Below are positions 37,762 through 47,350 of a DNA stretch of 64,000 nucleotides, one piece after another. This stretch comes from an uncultured Desulfobacterium sp. (lineage in GTDB: Bacteria > Desulfobacterota > Desulfobacteria > Desulfobacterales > Desulfobacteraceae). Position numbers and translations under genes: made by a program. The notes under the pieces are model-generated. The model did not search any database. It saw only the letters and a list, made by a program, of their open reading frames with translations, and was not told where the DNA came from. The stretch spans positions 3,032,341 to 3,096,340 of the forward strand of contig OY771474.1 in NCBI GenBank assembly GCA_963674605.1, written 5' to 3'. The number at the start of each line of letters is the position of its first letter. Positions within the stretch are counted from its first letter, which is position 1.

Positions 37762-39200
37762 AAAAACCCTTTAAAAACCCCATGACCATGTCTCTTTTCC
37801 TTTTCGGATTGTGCATTTTTGCCATGCCTGCATGGGGTGAAGATATCCGAGTGGTCCGCATGGAAACCGAAAAGATCCAGGCGAGCATGAAACAAAAAGC
37901 CGCCGAGGAGCTGCGCGTCGCCCAAAAGGCTGCTGCCCAAGCCAGACAAACCATCACCCGGGATCGGGACTCCCTGGACCAGGCCATTGCCCGCCTGACA
38001 CAGCAGGCCCGAAATCTTAAAGAAGAGATAAAAACCCTGGAAACCCAAAATGAGACCCTTGCCGAAACCGACACTGCCCTGTCCCAACAGCTGGAAAATT
38101 CCCAGGGCATGGTCAGGGAACTGTCAGGCGTGATCCGCATGAACGCCAAGGACATTGATACCCTTTTAAGCAGCAATTTTCTGTCCGGGGTCTACCACAC
38201 GGATACCGCATTCCTCAATGACATTGTGGAACAGTCCGTGTTCCCGGCAATGGACCATATCAGGAAAATGGCGGATCTCCTCTTTGACCGTATCCAGCAC
38301 GGGGGTGCTGTCAACCTTGACACCTGTGGCATTGTGGACCGCACCGGCAAGACCGTTGAGGCCCGGGTTCTCATGGTGGGCTGTTTCACCGCAGCCTATC
38401 GCCTGGGCGAAGAAACCGGATTTTTAAGCTACACCCCGGGGGAGGGAAAATTATTTGCCCTGTCCAAGCTGCCCCCGGCCAGCATGCAGAAAAAGATCAT
38501 CCAATATATGGAGGGAAAACGGGAGGCCGTGCCCATGGACATCTCCCGGGGCGGGGCCTTGAATCAGCTTTCCTACCAGCTGAGTCTCTGGGAACAGATT
38601 CCCAAGGGCGGCCCCATTGTCTGGCCCATCCTGGCCATCCTGGTCATCGGCTGCCTTATTACCCTGGAGCGCATTGTGTTCCTGCTGTACCGAAAAATCA
38701 AGCTTGAGAAAGTCGTTTCTCAAATTGAAGACTCCGCGGTGGCCCAAAACTGGCAAGCCTGCCGGGAGACCTGTGCACGCTATGCCAAAAATCCCGTGAT
38801 CCGGGTCATCCGGGCAGGCCTCTCCAGCCGGGAACTGCCCAGGGAAGACATGGAAAATACGGTCCAGGAAGCCATCCTCAGGGAAATTCCTCCCATGGAA
38901 CGTTTTTTGTCCACCATGGGGATGCTGGCGGCCATTGCCCCGCTTCTGGGGCTTTTGGGAACGGTCACGGGCATGATCGACACCTTCCATGTCATCACCA
39001 TGCACGGCACAGGGGATCCCCGAATGATGTCCGGCGGCATTTCCGAGGCCCTGGTCACCACCATGCTGGGCCTTTCCGTGGCCATTCCCATCATGCTGGC
39101 CCACACCCTTTTAAACCGGTCCGTGGAAAACACCGTGGGTCTCATGGAGGAAAAGGCCGTGGCCCTGATCAACATCATCCAGAAAATGCAGGGGGCCTGA
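37758..39200 (+). CDS. Long MotA/TolQ/ExbB-family proton-channel protein with an N-terminal periplasmic coiled-coil extension (TtpC-like)
   Basis: C-terminal ExbB core (LGLLGTVTGMIDTF, GGISEALVTTMLGLSVAIP) preceded by a ~270-aa extension. 4-nt overlap with the upstream gene. Confidence 0.8.
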   Translation: MKKPFKNPMTMSLFLFGLCIFAMPAWGEDIRVVRMETEKIQASMKQKAAEELRVAQKAAAQARQTITRDRDSLDQAIARLTQQARNLKEEIKTLETQNETLAETDTALSQQLENSQGMVRELSGVIRMNAKDIDTLLSSNFLSGVYHTDTAFLNDIVEQSVFPAMDHIRKMADLLFDRIQHGGAVNLDTCGIVDRTGKTVEARVLMVGCFTAAYRLGEETGFLSYTPGEGKLFALSKLPPASMQKKIIQYMEGKREAVPMDISRGGALNQLSYQLSLWEQIPKGGPIVWPILAILVIGCLITLERIVFLLYRKIKLEKVVSQIEDSAVAQNWQACRETCARYAKNPVIRVIRAGLSSRELPREDMENTVQEAILREIPPMERFLSTMGMLAAIAPLLGLLGTVTGMIDTFHVITMHGTGDPRMMSGGISEALVTTMLGLSVAIPIMLAHTLLNRSVENTVGLMEEKAVALINIIQKMQGA

Positions 39201-39811
39201 TGCCAAGCCGAATCCAGGATATCCTCACACCCACGGTGGAGTTGATCCAGGCCGGAGGTGTGGTAATGGCTCCGCTAATCTTTCTGAGCCTTATCATGTG
39301 GCTTTTGATCATCGAACGGGCCTTTTTTTTCCGCAGGCTATACCGTAAAAACATGACCGCCCGCACCGCGCTTACCTTTATCCACCAGAATCAAATGCCG
39401 GATCCTGCCCAGTACCGGGGAGCCATCAGCCTGCTGGTCACCGAATTCATCGCCAGCAAAACCGGAAACCGGCGACTGGACCGACACCTGCTGGACGCAT
39501 CCGTGGCCCGGATCAACCGTCGGCTCACCCGGTTTCTGGCCCTCATCGGCGTATTGGCAGCCATGGCCCCGCTTTTAGGGTTGCTTGGCACGGTGACGGG
39601 CATGATCAGCACCTTTGACGTGCTGGCCGTGTTTGGCACGGGTAATGCCAAAGCCATGGCCGGCGGCATCTCCCAGTCCCTGATCACCACCCAGACCGGA
39701 CTCATCGTGGCCATCCCAGGTCTTTACATGAAGGGATTTCTGGACCGGCGGGCGGACACCCTGGGCCAACGCATCCTGCGGGTGGGGCTTTACCTGAAAA
39801 GGCACGTATAA
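39200..39811 (+). CDS. exbB: MotA/TolQ/ExbB proton-channel protein
   Basis: LGLLGTVTGMISTF, GGISQSLITTQTGLIVAIPG. The start overlaps the upstream stop. Confidence 0.85.
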   Translation: MPSRIQDILTPTVELIQAGGVVMAPLIFLSLIMWLLIIERAFFFRRLYRKNMTARTALTFIHQNQMPDPAQYRGAISLLVTEFIASKTGNRRLDRHLLDASVARINRRLTRFLALIGVLAAMAPLLGLLGTVTGMISTFDVLAVFGTGNAKAMAGGISQSLITTQTGLIVAIPGLYMKGFLDRRADTLGQRILRVGLYLKRHV

Positions 39812-40076
39812 ATATACATGGCAGTAAGCACCTGCCACAACGAAAATTGAAACTCTTATTATTACAGCATTTTGGACGGAGTTTCTTATAAACCCGCATG
39901 TCCTGGCGGATACAACGAATATTGAAAATGGTAAATGGCATCATGCCGCCCCTCCCCCGACGGGCAATGGGCCCGGACCGGAACTGTAGACAGCTCGATT
40001 GTCCGGTTCCTATTGCCCATCGGGGGAGGGGCTCTGCTGAGGTAGACTTGAAGGCTACCTTTTCATATAAAAAAAA
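39806..40076 (+). repeat. C-family array (2 small-hairpin modules + 1 long-hairpin module) filling the exbB-exbD intergenic space
   Basis: It begins at the exbB stop (gtataaatatacatggcagtaagcacctgccacaacgaaaattgaaa) and ends ttttcatataaaaaaaa, 14 nt before the exbD ATG. Confidence 0.85.
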
Positions 40077-40090
40077 TCTCAGGAAGAATC

Positions 40091-40510
40091 ATGCTGAACA
40101 TATCTGCAGGCAGAAGGCACAAAAAAGGAACCCTGGAGCTGAACATCGCCCCGCTCATTGATATGGTCTTCATCCTGCTGATCTTCTTCCTTGTCACCAC
40201 CAGCTTTGTCAAGGAAACAGGCATTGATGTGACACGACCCACGGCCTCCACGGCCACTTCCCAGTCCAAAGCCACCATCCTCATCGCCGTGGACAGTCAA
40301 AACCGGATCTTCATGGACCACCGGGAGATTGATATCCGGGCGGTGCGGGCCAACACCGAGCGAGCCCTGTCCGAAAACCCGGACGGTGTGGTGGTGGTGG
40401 TGGCGGACACGGCCAGCAGCACAGGCACGGCCATCCAGGTCATGGACGGCTGCCGCGTGGCCGGAGCCACCAATGTATCTTTGGCCGCCGCCCTGCCGGA
40501 GGGACAATGA
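40091..40510 (+). CDS. exbD: Biopolymer transport protein ExbD/TolR
   Basis: LNIAPLIDMVFILLIFFLVTTSF TM segment and a periplasmic ExbD fold. Confidence 0.9.
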   Translation: MLNISAGRRHKKGTLELNIAPLIDMVFILLIFFLVTTSFVKETGIDVTRPTASTATSQSKATILIAVDSQNRIFMDHREIDIRAVRANTERALSENPDGVVVVVADTASSTGTAIQVMDGCRVAGATNVSLAAALPEGQ

Positions 40511-41199
40511 AACAAGCACGCAGCAACGGCATTTTAAGCCTCAACGGAAATTGGTATGCCTGGGCCGGGGCACTCATCAGTACCCTGGCCCTTAACCTGG
40601 CTCTTTTCACCCTGATTCCCACCCTCATGAAACCCCATGCCCCTGCCCTCTGCCCTGGACCCATGATCCCCCAGATCCAGCTGACCCGACTCAAGCGCAA
40701 ACCACCGGAACCCGTCAAAAAAAAACCCACGCCCCTGGTGGAAGAAAAACCGCAGCAAGCTCCGTCCAAACCCCGGGCCACCCACCGGCCAACCCGGCAG
40801 CCCCTGGCCCTTGCCTTTGAGATCAACACCAGACTGCCGGGGGGGCCCCAGACCCTGTCCCTGCCCCGGATCATGTCCGGGTCACTGGATACCCTGAATC
40901 TTTCCCCCCTCTTTTCCCCGGGAGATCTGGATCATCCCCTCACCGTTCTGTCCAGGATCCCGCCGGTGTATCCGTTCAAGGCCAAAAACCGGGGCATTGA
41001 AGGATGGGTGGATGTGGCCTTTGTGGTCACAGAACAGGGCCTTGTGGAACAGATAAGCATTCTGGCAGCCCAACCGGAAAAAGTCTTTAACAAAAACGTC
41101 ATTGAATGCCTGTCCGCCTGGCGGTTCAAGCCGGGCACCATCGGCGGAGAGCCGGTGAAAACCCAGGCCAGGACACGCATCCGCTTTGAATTAAATTGA
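40507..41199 (+). CDS. tonB: TonB-family energy transducer
   Basis: N-terminal TM, a Pro/Lys-rich spacer (KRKPPEPVKKKPTPLVEEKPQQAPSKP), and a C-terminal TonB_C domain (PVYPFKAKNRGIEGWVDVAFVV...). Confidence 0.85.
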   Translation: MKQARSNGILSLNGNWYAWAGALISTLALNLALFTLIPTLMKPHAPALCPGPMIPQIQLTRLKRKPPEPVKKKPTPLVEEKPQQAPSKPRATHRPTRQPLALAFEINTRLPGGPQTLSLPRIMSGSLDTLNLSPLFSPGDLDHPLTVLSRIPPVYPFKAKNRGIEGWVDVAFVVTEQGLVEQISILAAQPEKVFNKNVIECLSAWRFKPGTIGGEPVKTQARTRIRFELN

Positions 41200-41208
41200 G
41201 GTGACCCC

Positions 41209-42573
41209 ATGAAACACAGACACCCCCTGATATTCATGATCATGGCCTGGACAGTCCTTTTGGGCCTGCTGATTCCCCAGGCCCATGCCCATGGGGCAAA
41301 GGATCCGGGAAAAAATATACCCGTACCGATCCAGCGCCTGCTCATCAAGGTCCGGAATCTTATGGACCAGGAAAACTATAATGGTGCCATCAAGCTGATC
41401 CGCACCGCCAGGAAAACATCGGAGGGCAAATCCCAGGCCGATACAGGCTCTGCAGCCTGCATCCATCCCATGGTCTGCCTGGCCCTGGGAAACTGTTATC
41501 TGATGCTCCCGGATTATGCCCAGGCCGAGTCCGCCTATCTTGCCGCCCTGGACCTGGCCCCGGATTTCATGGATGCCCGGGTCAACCTGGCCAGGGTATA
41601 CTCGGACACCAGCCAATTCGGCAAGGCGTCACAGGCGTTTGTGGCCGCCTATGAGCTGTCCCATCCCAGGCAACCGGACTATTTGTACTACAGCGCGGTC
41701 ATGGCCCTCACCGACGGACGCACAGAAACGGCCATCGACCATTTTGAACGCCTCTTTGCGGCCCATCCGGACCAGGTGGTGAACCCATGGCGGGAAAACT
41801 TTGCCAATGCTCTGATGACAGGCAATCACTGGAAAAGGGCCGTCCCCGTGGTCCGGTATCTTGCAGAGCATGCCGCACCCCAAGACACAATTAAATGGCA
41901 GGAGACCCTGCTCCAGATTTTTTTACAGACCAACGACCTTAAACAGGCCCTGGCCCATGCCACCACCCTGTCCAGGGAAGCATGCACCGTGCCCAAATGG
42001 TGGAAGGCCCTGGTCCATATCAACCTTGGGCTGGGGCATTATGACCGAGCCCTGGAGAACCTCATCATTTACGGTTTCTTATCCCCCCTGACCCGGGAGG
42101 AAAAAAAACTATTTGCAGACCTGAGCCTCCAGCTTCAGATCCCGGCCCGGGCGGTGGGTATCTATGAAACATTGCTGGCCAAAACCCAAGGCTCGCCCCT
42201 GGATAGTAAAGAAGAAAAGCAGATGGTCCAGCGCCTGGCCAATGCCTACCGACAGCTGGATCAGGGAGACCGGGCCCTGGCCCTGCTGAACCGCTTTGAC
42301 CCCAGGGCCTGCAATGCGGAACTGCTCTTGCTAAAGGGGGATCTGCTATACGAGGCCAAAGCCTTTAAAGCGGCGGATGAGGCCTACCGCATGGCGGCCA
42401 GGGCCGATTGTCCCCGCAAAGGCCAGGCATGGCTCATGGCAGGGTATGCGGCCTGGCAGTACAATGATCTGAAAGCCAGCCGCAACGCCTTTGAAAAGGC
42501 TGCCCGGTTCAAGCGGCATAGAAAGGATGCCCTGGCAGCCATGGCCCAGCTGAAAAGGACAAAGCAAATGTAA
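41209..42573 (+). CDS. Tetratricopeptide-repeat protein with signal peptide (TtpD-like position)
   Basis: Multiple TPR-like helical repeats. The position after tonB matches the TonB2-type cluster order. Confidence 0.7.
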   Translation: MKHRHPLIFMIMAWTVLLGLLIPQAHAHGAKDPGKNIPVPIQRLLIKVRNLMDQENYNGAIKLIRTARKTSEGKSQADTGSAACIHPMVCLALGNCYLMLPDYAQAESAYLAALDLAPDFMDARVNLARVYSDTSQFGKASQAFVAAYELSHPRQPDYLYYSAVMALTDGRTETAIDHFERLFAAHPDQVVNPWRENFANALMTGNHWKRAVPVVRYLAEHAAPQDTIKWQETLLQIFLQTNDLKQALAHATTLSREACTVPKWWKALVHINLGLGHYDRALENLIIYGFLSPLTREEKKLFADLSLQLQIPARAVGIYETLLAKTQGSPLDSKEEKQMVQRLANAYRQLDQGDRALALLNRFDPRACNAELLLLKGDLLYEAKAFKAADEAYRMAARADCPRKGQAWLMAGYAAWQYNDLKASRNAFEKAARFKRHRKDALAAMAQLKRTKQM

Positions 42574-42835
42574 AACCAGGACGTAAATATTCGGGTGGGT
42601 TATGTCAATGTTTGGTCAACAACAAAGATATTCCGGCATATCCCATTGCACACAAAAAAAAGGCAGCCGCGCTCCGGGCAAGGAACCTGCGACTGCCTTT
42701 GTGGCGTGCTCCGGGACGAATCCGGGAGACGGATTATCATACCACTGCGTCTGCCCAGCGTCAACGGTGCCGAAAATTTACAGATCCCACCGGATGAAAT
42801 AGATGATAACCTTAAATAAAAACGGGAGTACGCAG

Positions 42836-44986
42836 ATGAAATGGATAAGGCTCCACATCCTTGTATTAACGGCAAGTTTCTTGTACCTGGGTCTGGCCCC
42901 TCTTTATGCCCTGGAAGAACAAACAGACACCCCAACAGAAAACCGGATACAGCAGATTGAAGAGATGGTGGTGGAGGAAAAGGCCGGCGCTCCAGGCTAT
43001 GTTCCATCTCCCTCCCAGACCACCATTGAACTGGACAACATCGACTTCATCGGGCCACCAACCTCTGTTCTGGATGCTTTCAAAACCCAGGCCATGGTGG
43101 ATTTCAGGGGCGAGTCCACCCTGGATCCCGGGGTGGACAGCGTGTATCTCAACGGATTCAGTTCCAAACGTTTTGTCACGGCCATGGATGGAGTTACCCT
43201 CCAGAAAACCGGAGGAAGGAAATCCAGCAATATCGTGGACTGGGCACAACTGCCCGGCTTTTTACTGGAATCCATTGAGATCCTGCCCGGTCCCCACTGT
43301 GCTGTGTATGATGCCAAAAGCATCGGCGGCGTGCTGAACCTGAAGACAAAAGCCCCCTGTTTCCATGACAGCCGGGTGCCGGAACTGACCCTGACCTCAA
43401 GCTACAGTTCATACAACACCGTGTCCAACACCGCAGTGATCCAGGGCGGCGTGGACAAGTTTACCTATGACCTGGCTTACCAGAGCTATATGACCGACGG
43501 ATACCTTCGCCACAACGACACGGAAATCAACACCGGATACGCCCGTCTCGGGCTGGTGCTGCCCGGAGACGGGTTTATCACCGTGAGCGGCTCTGTCTCC
43601 GACATTAATCGGGACGCTGCAGTAAAAAATCCCGGCAGTACCCAGAGCGGAGAAACCGATATGGACAACGATTATCCCGAGGTCACCGGCAGCATCTGGA
43701 ACCCCTGGCAGGAACCCACCTGGGACAGTGAATCCCAATCTTACCGACTGGCCTATGCCCAGTCTCTGGGCATAGGCAGAATCAATGCCACTGCTTACTA
43801 CGGAGAAGACACCAGGGATCGGGCCTACCTGGACTGGATAAGCAGTTCTGAACCCACCCAGGGCACCTATCTCACCTCCATGGAAACGGACTGGTGGCAG
43901 CGGGGGGGGAAGATCACGGACGAAATAAAGTGGGCCGACAACCAGACCACCACCCTGGGATGTGACCTGACCCAGCTCTATGATGAGGCAGTGGATGATT
44001 CCAAGACCGAACGCGTTCGGAAAAAAGGGGCTTTTCTCCAGCACAAATGGGGCATCATTGAAAATGTGGAAACAACCCTGGGCCTGCGGTACGAAGATGT
44101 AAACACCTGGGTGAGCAACTGGTCCAACGGCAAGGCGCATAACACCGCCTACGACAAATATGTGGAGCGCCGGTTTGACCAGTTCATACCCAAAAGTTTT
44201 ACCACCTGGAAAATGGACCATGTGGCCCCCTGGCTCCGGGACACCTCCCTGTCGGCCGGAATCAGCAAAATCTGGCATGCCCCGGACTACCACGGCGACT
44301 ACAACCCCCAGGGACGTCCGGCCGGCATCACCCTGGACCCCGAGCACGGTATGGGCTACGACCTGATCTTCAGCCGAAGGGTCTGGCACGACATCAACCT
44401 CAAAATGGGCTACTCCTTTTACGAAATCAAGGATTTCATGGCCACCAACTCCTCCTATGCCCAATATTCAGGTGCCAGTGCCGGCGCCCTGCGGTACAGC
44501 GACTATAAAGTCAATCTGGAAGAAGTTCACCGCCACGCCGCCACCCTGGAGCTGGGGGGGCATATCACCGACGACTTCTCCTTTTACCTGACCTGGGCCT
44601 GGCAAAAATTCTACAACCGGGGCGACGAGCCGGCCGGAGAAACGGAACTGGACCAGCGGCCCGAACACCAGGTGGGGGCGGGTCTGCGCTACACCCTCAA
44701 TGACAAAACAACCCTGATGCTGGACTACACCTACCAGAGCGATGAGACCACCGAGGTTTCCGAAGAGGTGTCCAATGATGTCTGGAGCTTCCACGAAGTG
44801 GACAACCCGGCCCACAGCGTGGTGGATGTGGGAGTCAAGTACAAATGCTTCGAGCATGCCGGACGGCTTAAGAGCGGCACCTTAAATGTTTATATCAAAA
44901 ACCTGCTGGACGAGGAGTATTATGATGCCTCCGGCTATCCGGCCACGGACCAGACCATCGGCGTCTCTTTCAGTGTAAAAATCTGA
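42836..44986 (+). CDS. TonB-dependent outer-membrane receptor
   Basis: Signal peptide, plug-domain motifs (...VDFRGES..., SKRFVTAMDGVTLQ), a beta-barrel and a C-terminal aromatic-rich terminus (GVSFSVKI). The start was moved to ATG 42836 (GGGAG RBS). Confidence 0.85.
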   Translation: MKWIRLHILVLTASFLYLGLAPLYALEEQTDTPTENRIQQIEEMVVEEKAGAPGYVPSPSQTTIELDNIDFIGPPTSVLDAFKTQAMVDFRGESTLDPGVDSVYLNGFSSKRFVTAMDGVTLQKTGGRKSSNIVDWAQLPGFLLESIEILPGPHCAVYDAKSIGGVLNLKTKAPCFHDSRVPELTLTSSYSSYNTVSNTAVIQGGVDKFTYDLAYQSYMTDGYLRHNDTEINTGYARLGLVLPGDGFITVSGSVSDINRDAAVKNPGSTQSGETDMDNDYPEVTGSIWNPWQEPTWDSESQSYRLAYAQSLGIGRINATAYYGEDTRDRAYLDWISSSEPTQGTYLTSMETDWWQRGGKITDEIKWADNQTTTLGCDLTQLYDEAVDDSKTERVRKKGAFLQHKWGIIENVETTLGLRYEDVNTWVSNWSNGKAHNTAYDKYVERRFDQFIPKSFTTWKMDHVAPWLRDTSLSAGISKIWHAPDYHGDYNPQGRPAGITLDPEHGMGYDLIFSRRVWHDINLKMGYSFYEIKDFMATNSSYAQYSGASAGALRYSDYKVNLEEVHRHAATLELGGHITDDFSFYLTWAWQKFYNRGDEPAGETELDQRPEHQVGAGLRYTLNDKTTLMLDYTYQSDETTEVSEEVSNDVWSFHEVDNPAHSVVDVGVKYKCFEHAGRLKSGTLNVYIKNLLDEEYYDASGYPATDQTIGVSFSVKI

Positions 44987-45123
44987 TCATAACAAAGGCT
45001 TCCTTCATATTACCCCAAAAGGAATGGACACTTTTTTCAAGAAGATCCCCAGAAAATAAGGAAAGGCTTTAAACAAGTGCCAATGGTGAATGAAGGAAGC
45101 ACATAAAAAAAGGAAAATTTCCC

Positions 45124-46038
45124 ATGGAAAATCAAATAATCTCCCAAACCTTCTGGGAATCGCAATGGCAAAAAGCCCTTGACAGATCCGAATCTGATTC
45201 CCCCGGGGTGGACAATGCCCCGGAAAAAAGGCAGATGACACGCTGGAATAAGATGGCAAAGGACTTTGCCCAGCGCACCGCCACCCAAAAATCCAGAGAA
45301 AACCGGGACAAAACCATTGGACTGCTTGCAGACAAAGAAATCCTTACACCGGAAACCCGGGTTCTGGACATCGGTGCCGGCCCGGGTGCCTGGGCCCTGG
45401 CCATGGCCCGACACTGCGCCCATGTCACCGCCCTTGAGCCTGCCCGGGGCATGACTGATATCATCACCGACAGAATGAAGGCCGAAGGGGTGGACAACAT
45501 CACCATTGACCAGCGAACCTGGCAGGAAGTGGATCTTGAACAAAGCAACTATAAAAACGCTTTTCACCTGGTCTTTGCCTCCATGACTCCTGGCATCGAC
45601 GGACCTGGAGCCCTGGAAAAAATGATGGGAGCATCCCGGGAATTCTGCTATATGAGTGGTTTTTCCGGGCCGGGCATGCACCAGCAGTTTGCCCCGTTAT
45701 GGAAAAAATTCTTTGATGCGCCCATGCCCCAAAGGAGCAATGACATCATCTATCCCTTCAACCTGCTCTATGCCATGGGCTTTCGCCCGGATCTGACCTT
45801 TTCCTGGTGGAACCGGGATATCCAGTGGGACAGAGACCATACCATCCGCCATTTCGTCAACTTTTTTGAATCCCACATGGAAATCACCCCGGAGGCCCGG
45901 GCTATGATTGCCGATTATGTAGACACCCGGTGTCCCAACGGAGAATACCAACCTGAAAAACCGGTGTGCCGGGGGACCATGATCTGGTCCGTCCACAAGG
46001 ACGGCTCTTCTCAGACAGGTCAAAGGCTTTCACCATGA
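45124..46038 (+). CDS. Class I SAM-dependent methyltransferase
   Basis: Motif I VLDIGAGPGAWALAMA, plus downstream acidic and post-I motifs. Confidence 0.75.
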   Translation: MENQIISQTFWESQWQKALDRSESDSPGVDNAPEKRQMTRWNKMAKDFAQRTATQKSRENRDKTIGLLADKEILTPETRVLDIGAGPGAWALAMARHCAHVTALEPARGMTDIITDRMKAEGVDNITIDQRTWQEVDLEQSNYKNAFHLVFASMTPGIDGPGALEKMMGASREFCYMSGFSGPGMHQQFAPLWKKFFDAPMPQRSNDIIYPFNLLYAMGFRPDLTFSWWNRDIQWDRDHTIRHFVNFFESHMEITPEARAMIADYVDTRCPNGEYQPEKPVCRGTMIWSVHKDGSSQTGQRLSP

Positions 46039-46052
46039 GAGAGGCTTTTCCA

Positions 46053-46179
46053 CAGCAATTTCCGGTCACGATCTAATCGTCTGATATTATTCGATATTTA
46101 CCAATATGATTTCGCAACGCCAAAAGCTATAAATTGAATTATTTTAGACGGTTATCATGATTCAGGCCGGAAATGGCTG
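46053..46179. mobile_element. Small TIR element ('type D', 127 bp) with a 9-bp target-site duplication
   Basis: Imperfect 21-bp TIRs cagcaatttccggtcacgatc / gattcaggccggaaatggctg (16/21), with an AT-rich core. GCTTTTCCA lies at 46044-46052 and 46180-46188. Confidence 0.65.
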
Positions 46180-46187
46180 GCTTTTCC

Positions 46188-46337
46188 ATGCCTTTTATCG
46201 CCCATGACCTGCACCCGGCGCGAAAAATCTCCCACCGGATCTATGTTCTGAAAAAAGGCGTCATGACGATCCAGGGGGCAGGATTTGAGATTTTCGGAAC
46301 TTCCAGCCAGGCACTGTCAGCGGCCATGTTTAATTGA
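46188..46337 (+). pseudogene. C-terminal remnant of an ABC-transporter ATPase
   Basis: MPFIAHDLHPARKISHRIYVLKKGVMTIQGAGFEIF... resembles the H-loop/D-loop-distal end (F[IV][ST]HDL...[AS]DR[IV].V[LM]..G.IVE) of peptide/nickel-type ABC ATPases. No upstream Walker motifs are present. Confidence 0.5.
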
Positions 46338-46342
46338 ACCTT

Positions 46343-47350
46343 TCAATCATCATTTTGTAAATCCCGACCAAGCAATTCGCACCCCGTTATCTTATATTGG
46401 CTAACCGCATTGCGACCATTGGTTTTGGAATGATAAAGTGCAACATCGGCTTCATGGATCATCTGAAGATAATTTTGAACATCGGGCCGGAACGAAACAA
46501 CCCCAATACTGATACTGGTTTTAATTTCGACATCCTGAAAATTGGTGACAATTTCTTCTATGTTTCTGCAAAGCCTTTGGGAAAGCGTTGAAGCGCTTTC
46601 CAGGGTGGTCTCCGGCAAAAGAATAATAAATTCTTCTCCACCGTACCGCCCCAGAACATCCGCAGCACGGAGATGATGCTGTAAGGTTGCCCCGACGTTT
46701 TTCAGGACTTCATCCCCGGCAAGATGTCCATGGGTATCGTTTACAACCTTAAATTTGTCGATGTCGCAAAAAACAATGGAAAACGCATTGCCATATCTCT
46801 TGGCCTTCTCAAACTCAAGCTCAATCTGCCTTTCCACATAGGCCCTGTTATACAACGAAGTCAGATTGTCGTGATTGGTCATCTGTTCAAGGGTTCTGTT
46901 AATATCCTTGATCTCGGCAAATTTCATCTGGGAGATAACCACATCTGTCATATCATGGATGGTGATACAGACATAAACGCCTCCGGTCAATTCATTTTTA
47001 ACAGGGATAAATGTACAATCCTGATGCATAAAGTCAATATTTTCACCTGTCATCATACTGTTATGACTGAACCGAAAAAGATAGGGTTTCTGTGTCCACG
47101 AAACAAACGCATAATTCCTGATAAGCCGGACACTTTTTAATTTTAATTCAAGCCACTGCTCGGGTAGATAGGGAAAAACATCAAACAAATTTTTTCCCAC
47201 CAAATCCGCCTCATCAATACCGCTGTGTTTTGCCATGAACTGATTCCAGACCACGATCCGGTTTTGCTCGTCAAGAACAGTCATACCGATATTGATATGA
47301 TTAAGGATATTATATAAAGTTTGGATATTGTCGATGCCCATATGCTTCAT
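46343..47350 (-). CDS. PAS-domain diguanylate cyclase (GGDEF)
   Basis: PAS N-terminus. GGDEF domain with RYGGEEF and DKFKVVNDTHGH. Confidence 0.9.
   Translation of the reverse strand: MKHMGIDNIQTLYNILNHINIGMTVLDEQNRIVVWNQFMAKHSGIDEADLVGKNLFDVFPYLPEQWLELKLKSVRLIRNYAFVSWTQKPYLFRFSHNSMMTGENIDFMHQDCTFIPVKNELTGGVYVCITIHDMTDVVISQMKFAEIKDINRTLEQMTNHDNLTSLYNRAYVERQIELEFEKAKRYGNAFSIVFCDIDKFKVVNDTHGHLAGDEVLKNVGATLQHHLRAADVLGRYGGEEFIILLPETTLESASTLSQRLCRNIEEIVTNFQDVEIKTSISIGVVSFRPDVQNYLQMIHEADVALYHSKTNGRNAVSQYKITGCELLGRDLQNDD

Noticed and set aside
42600-42835. Cobalamin riboswitch upstream of the TonB-dependent receptor.
   Set aside because: I could not place the conserved B12 box or the GGGAA...GGTG..AA..CC core on either strand. 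Only a CCACTG and generic stems are present. It is kept as an unclassified structured leader; see the finding at 42574-42835.
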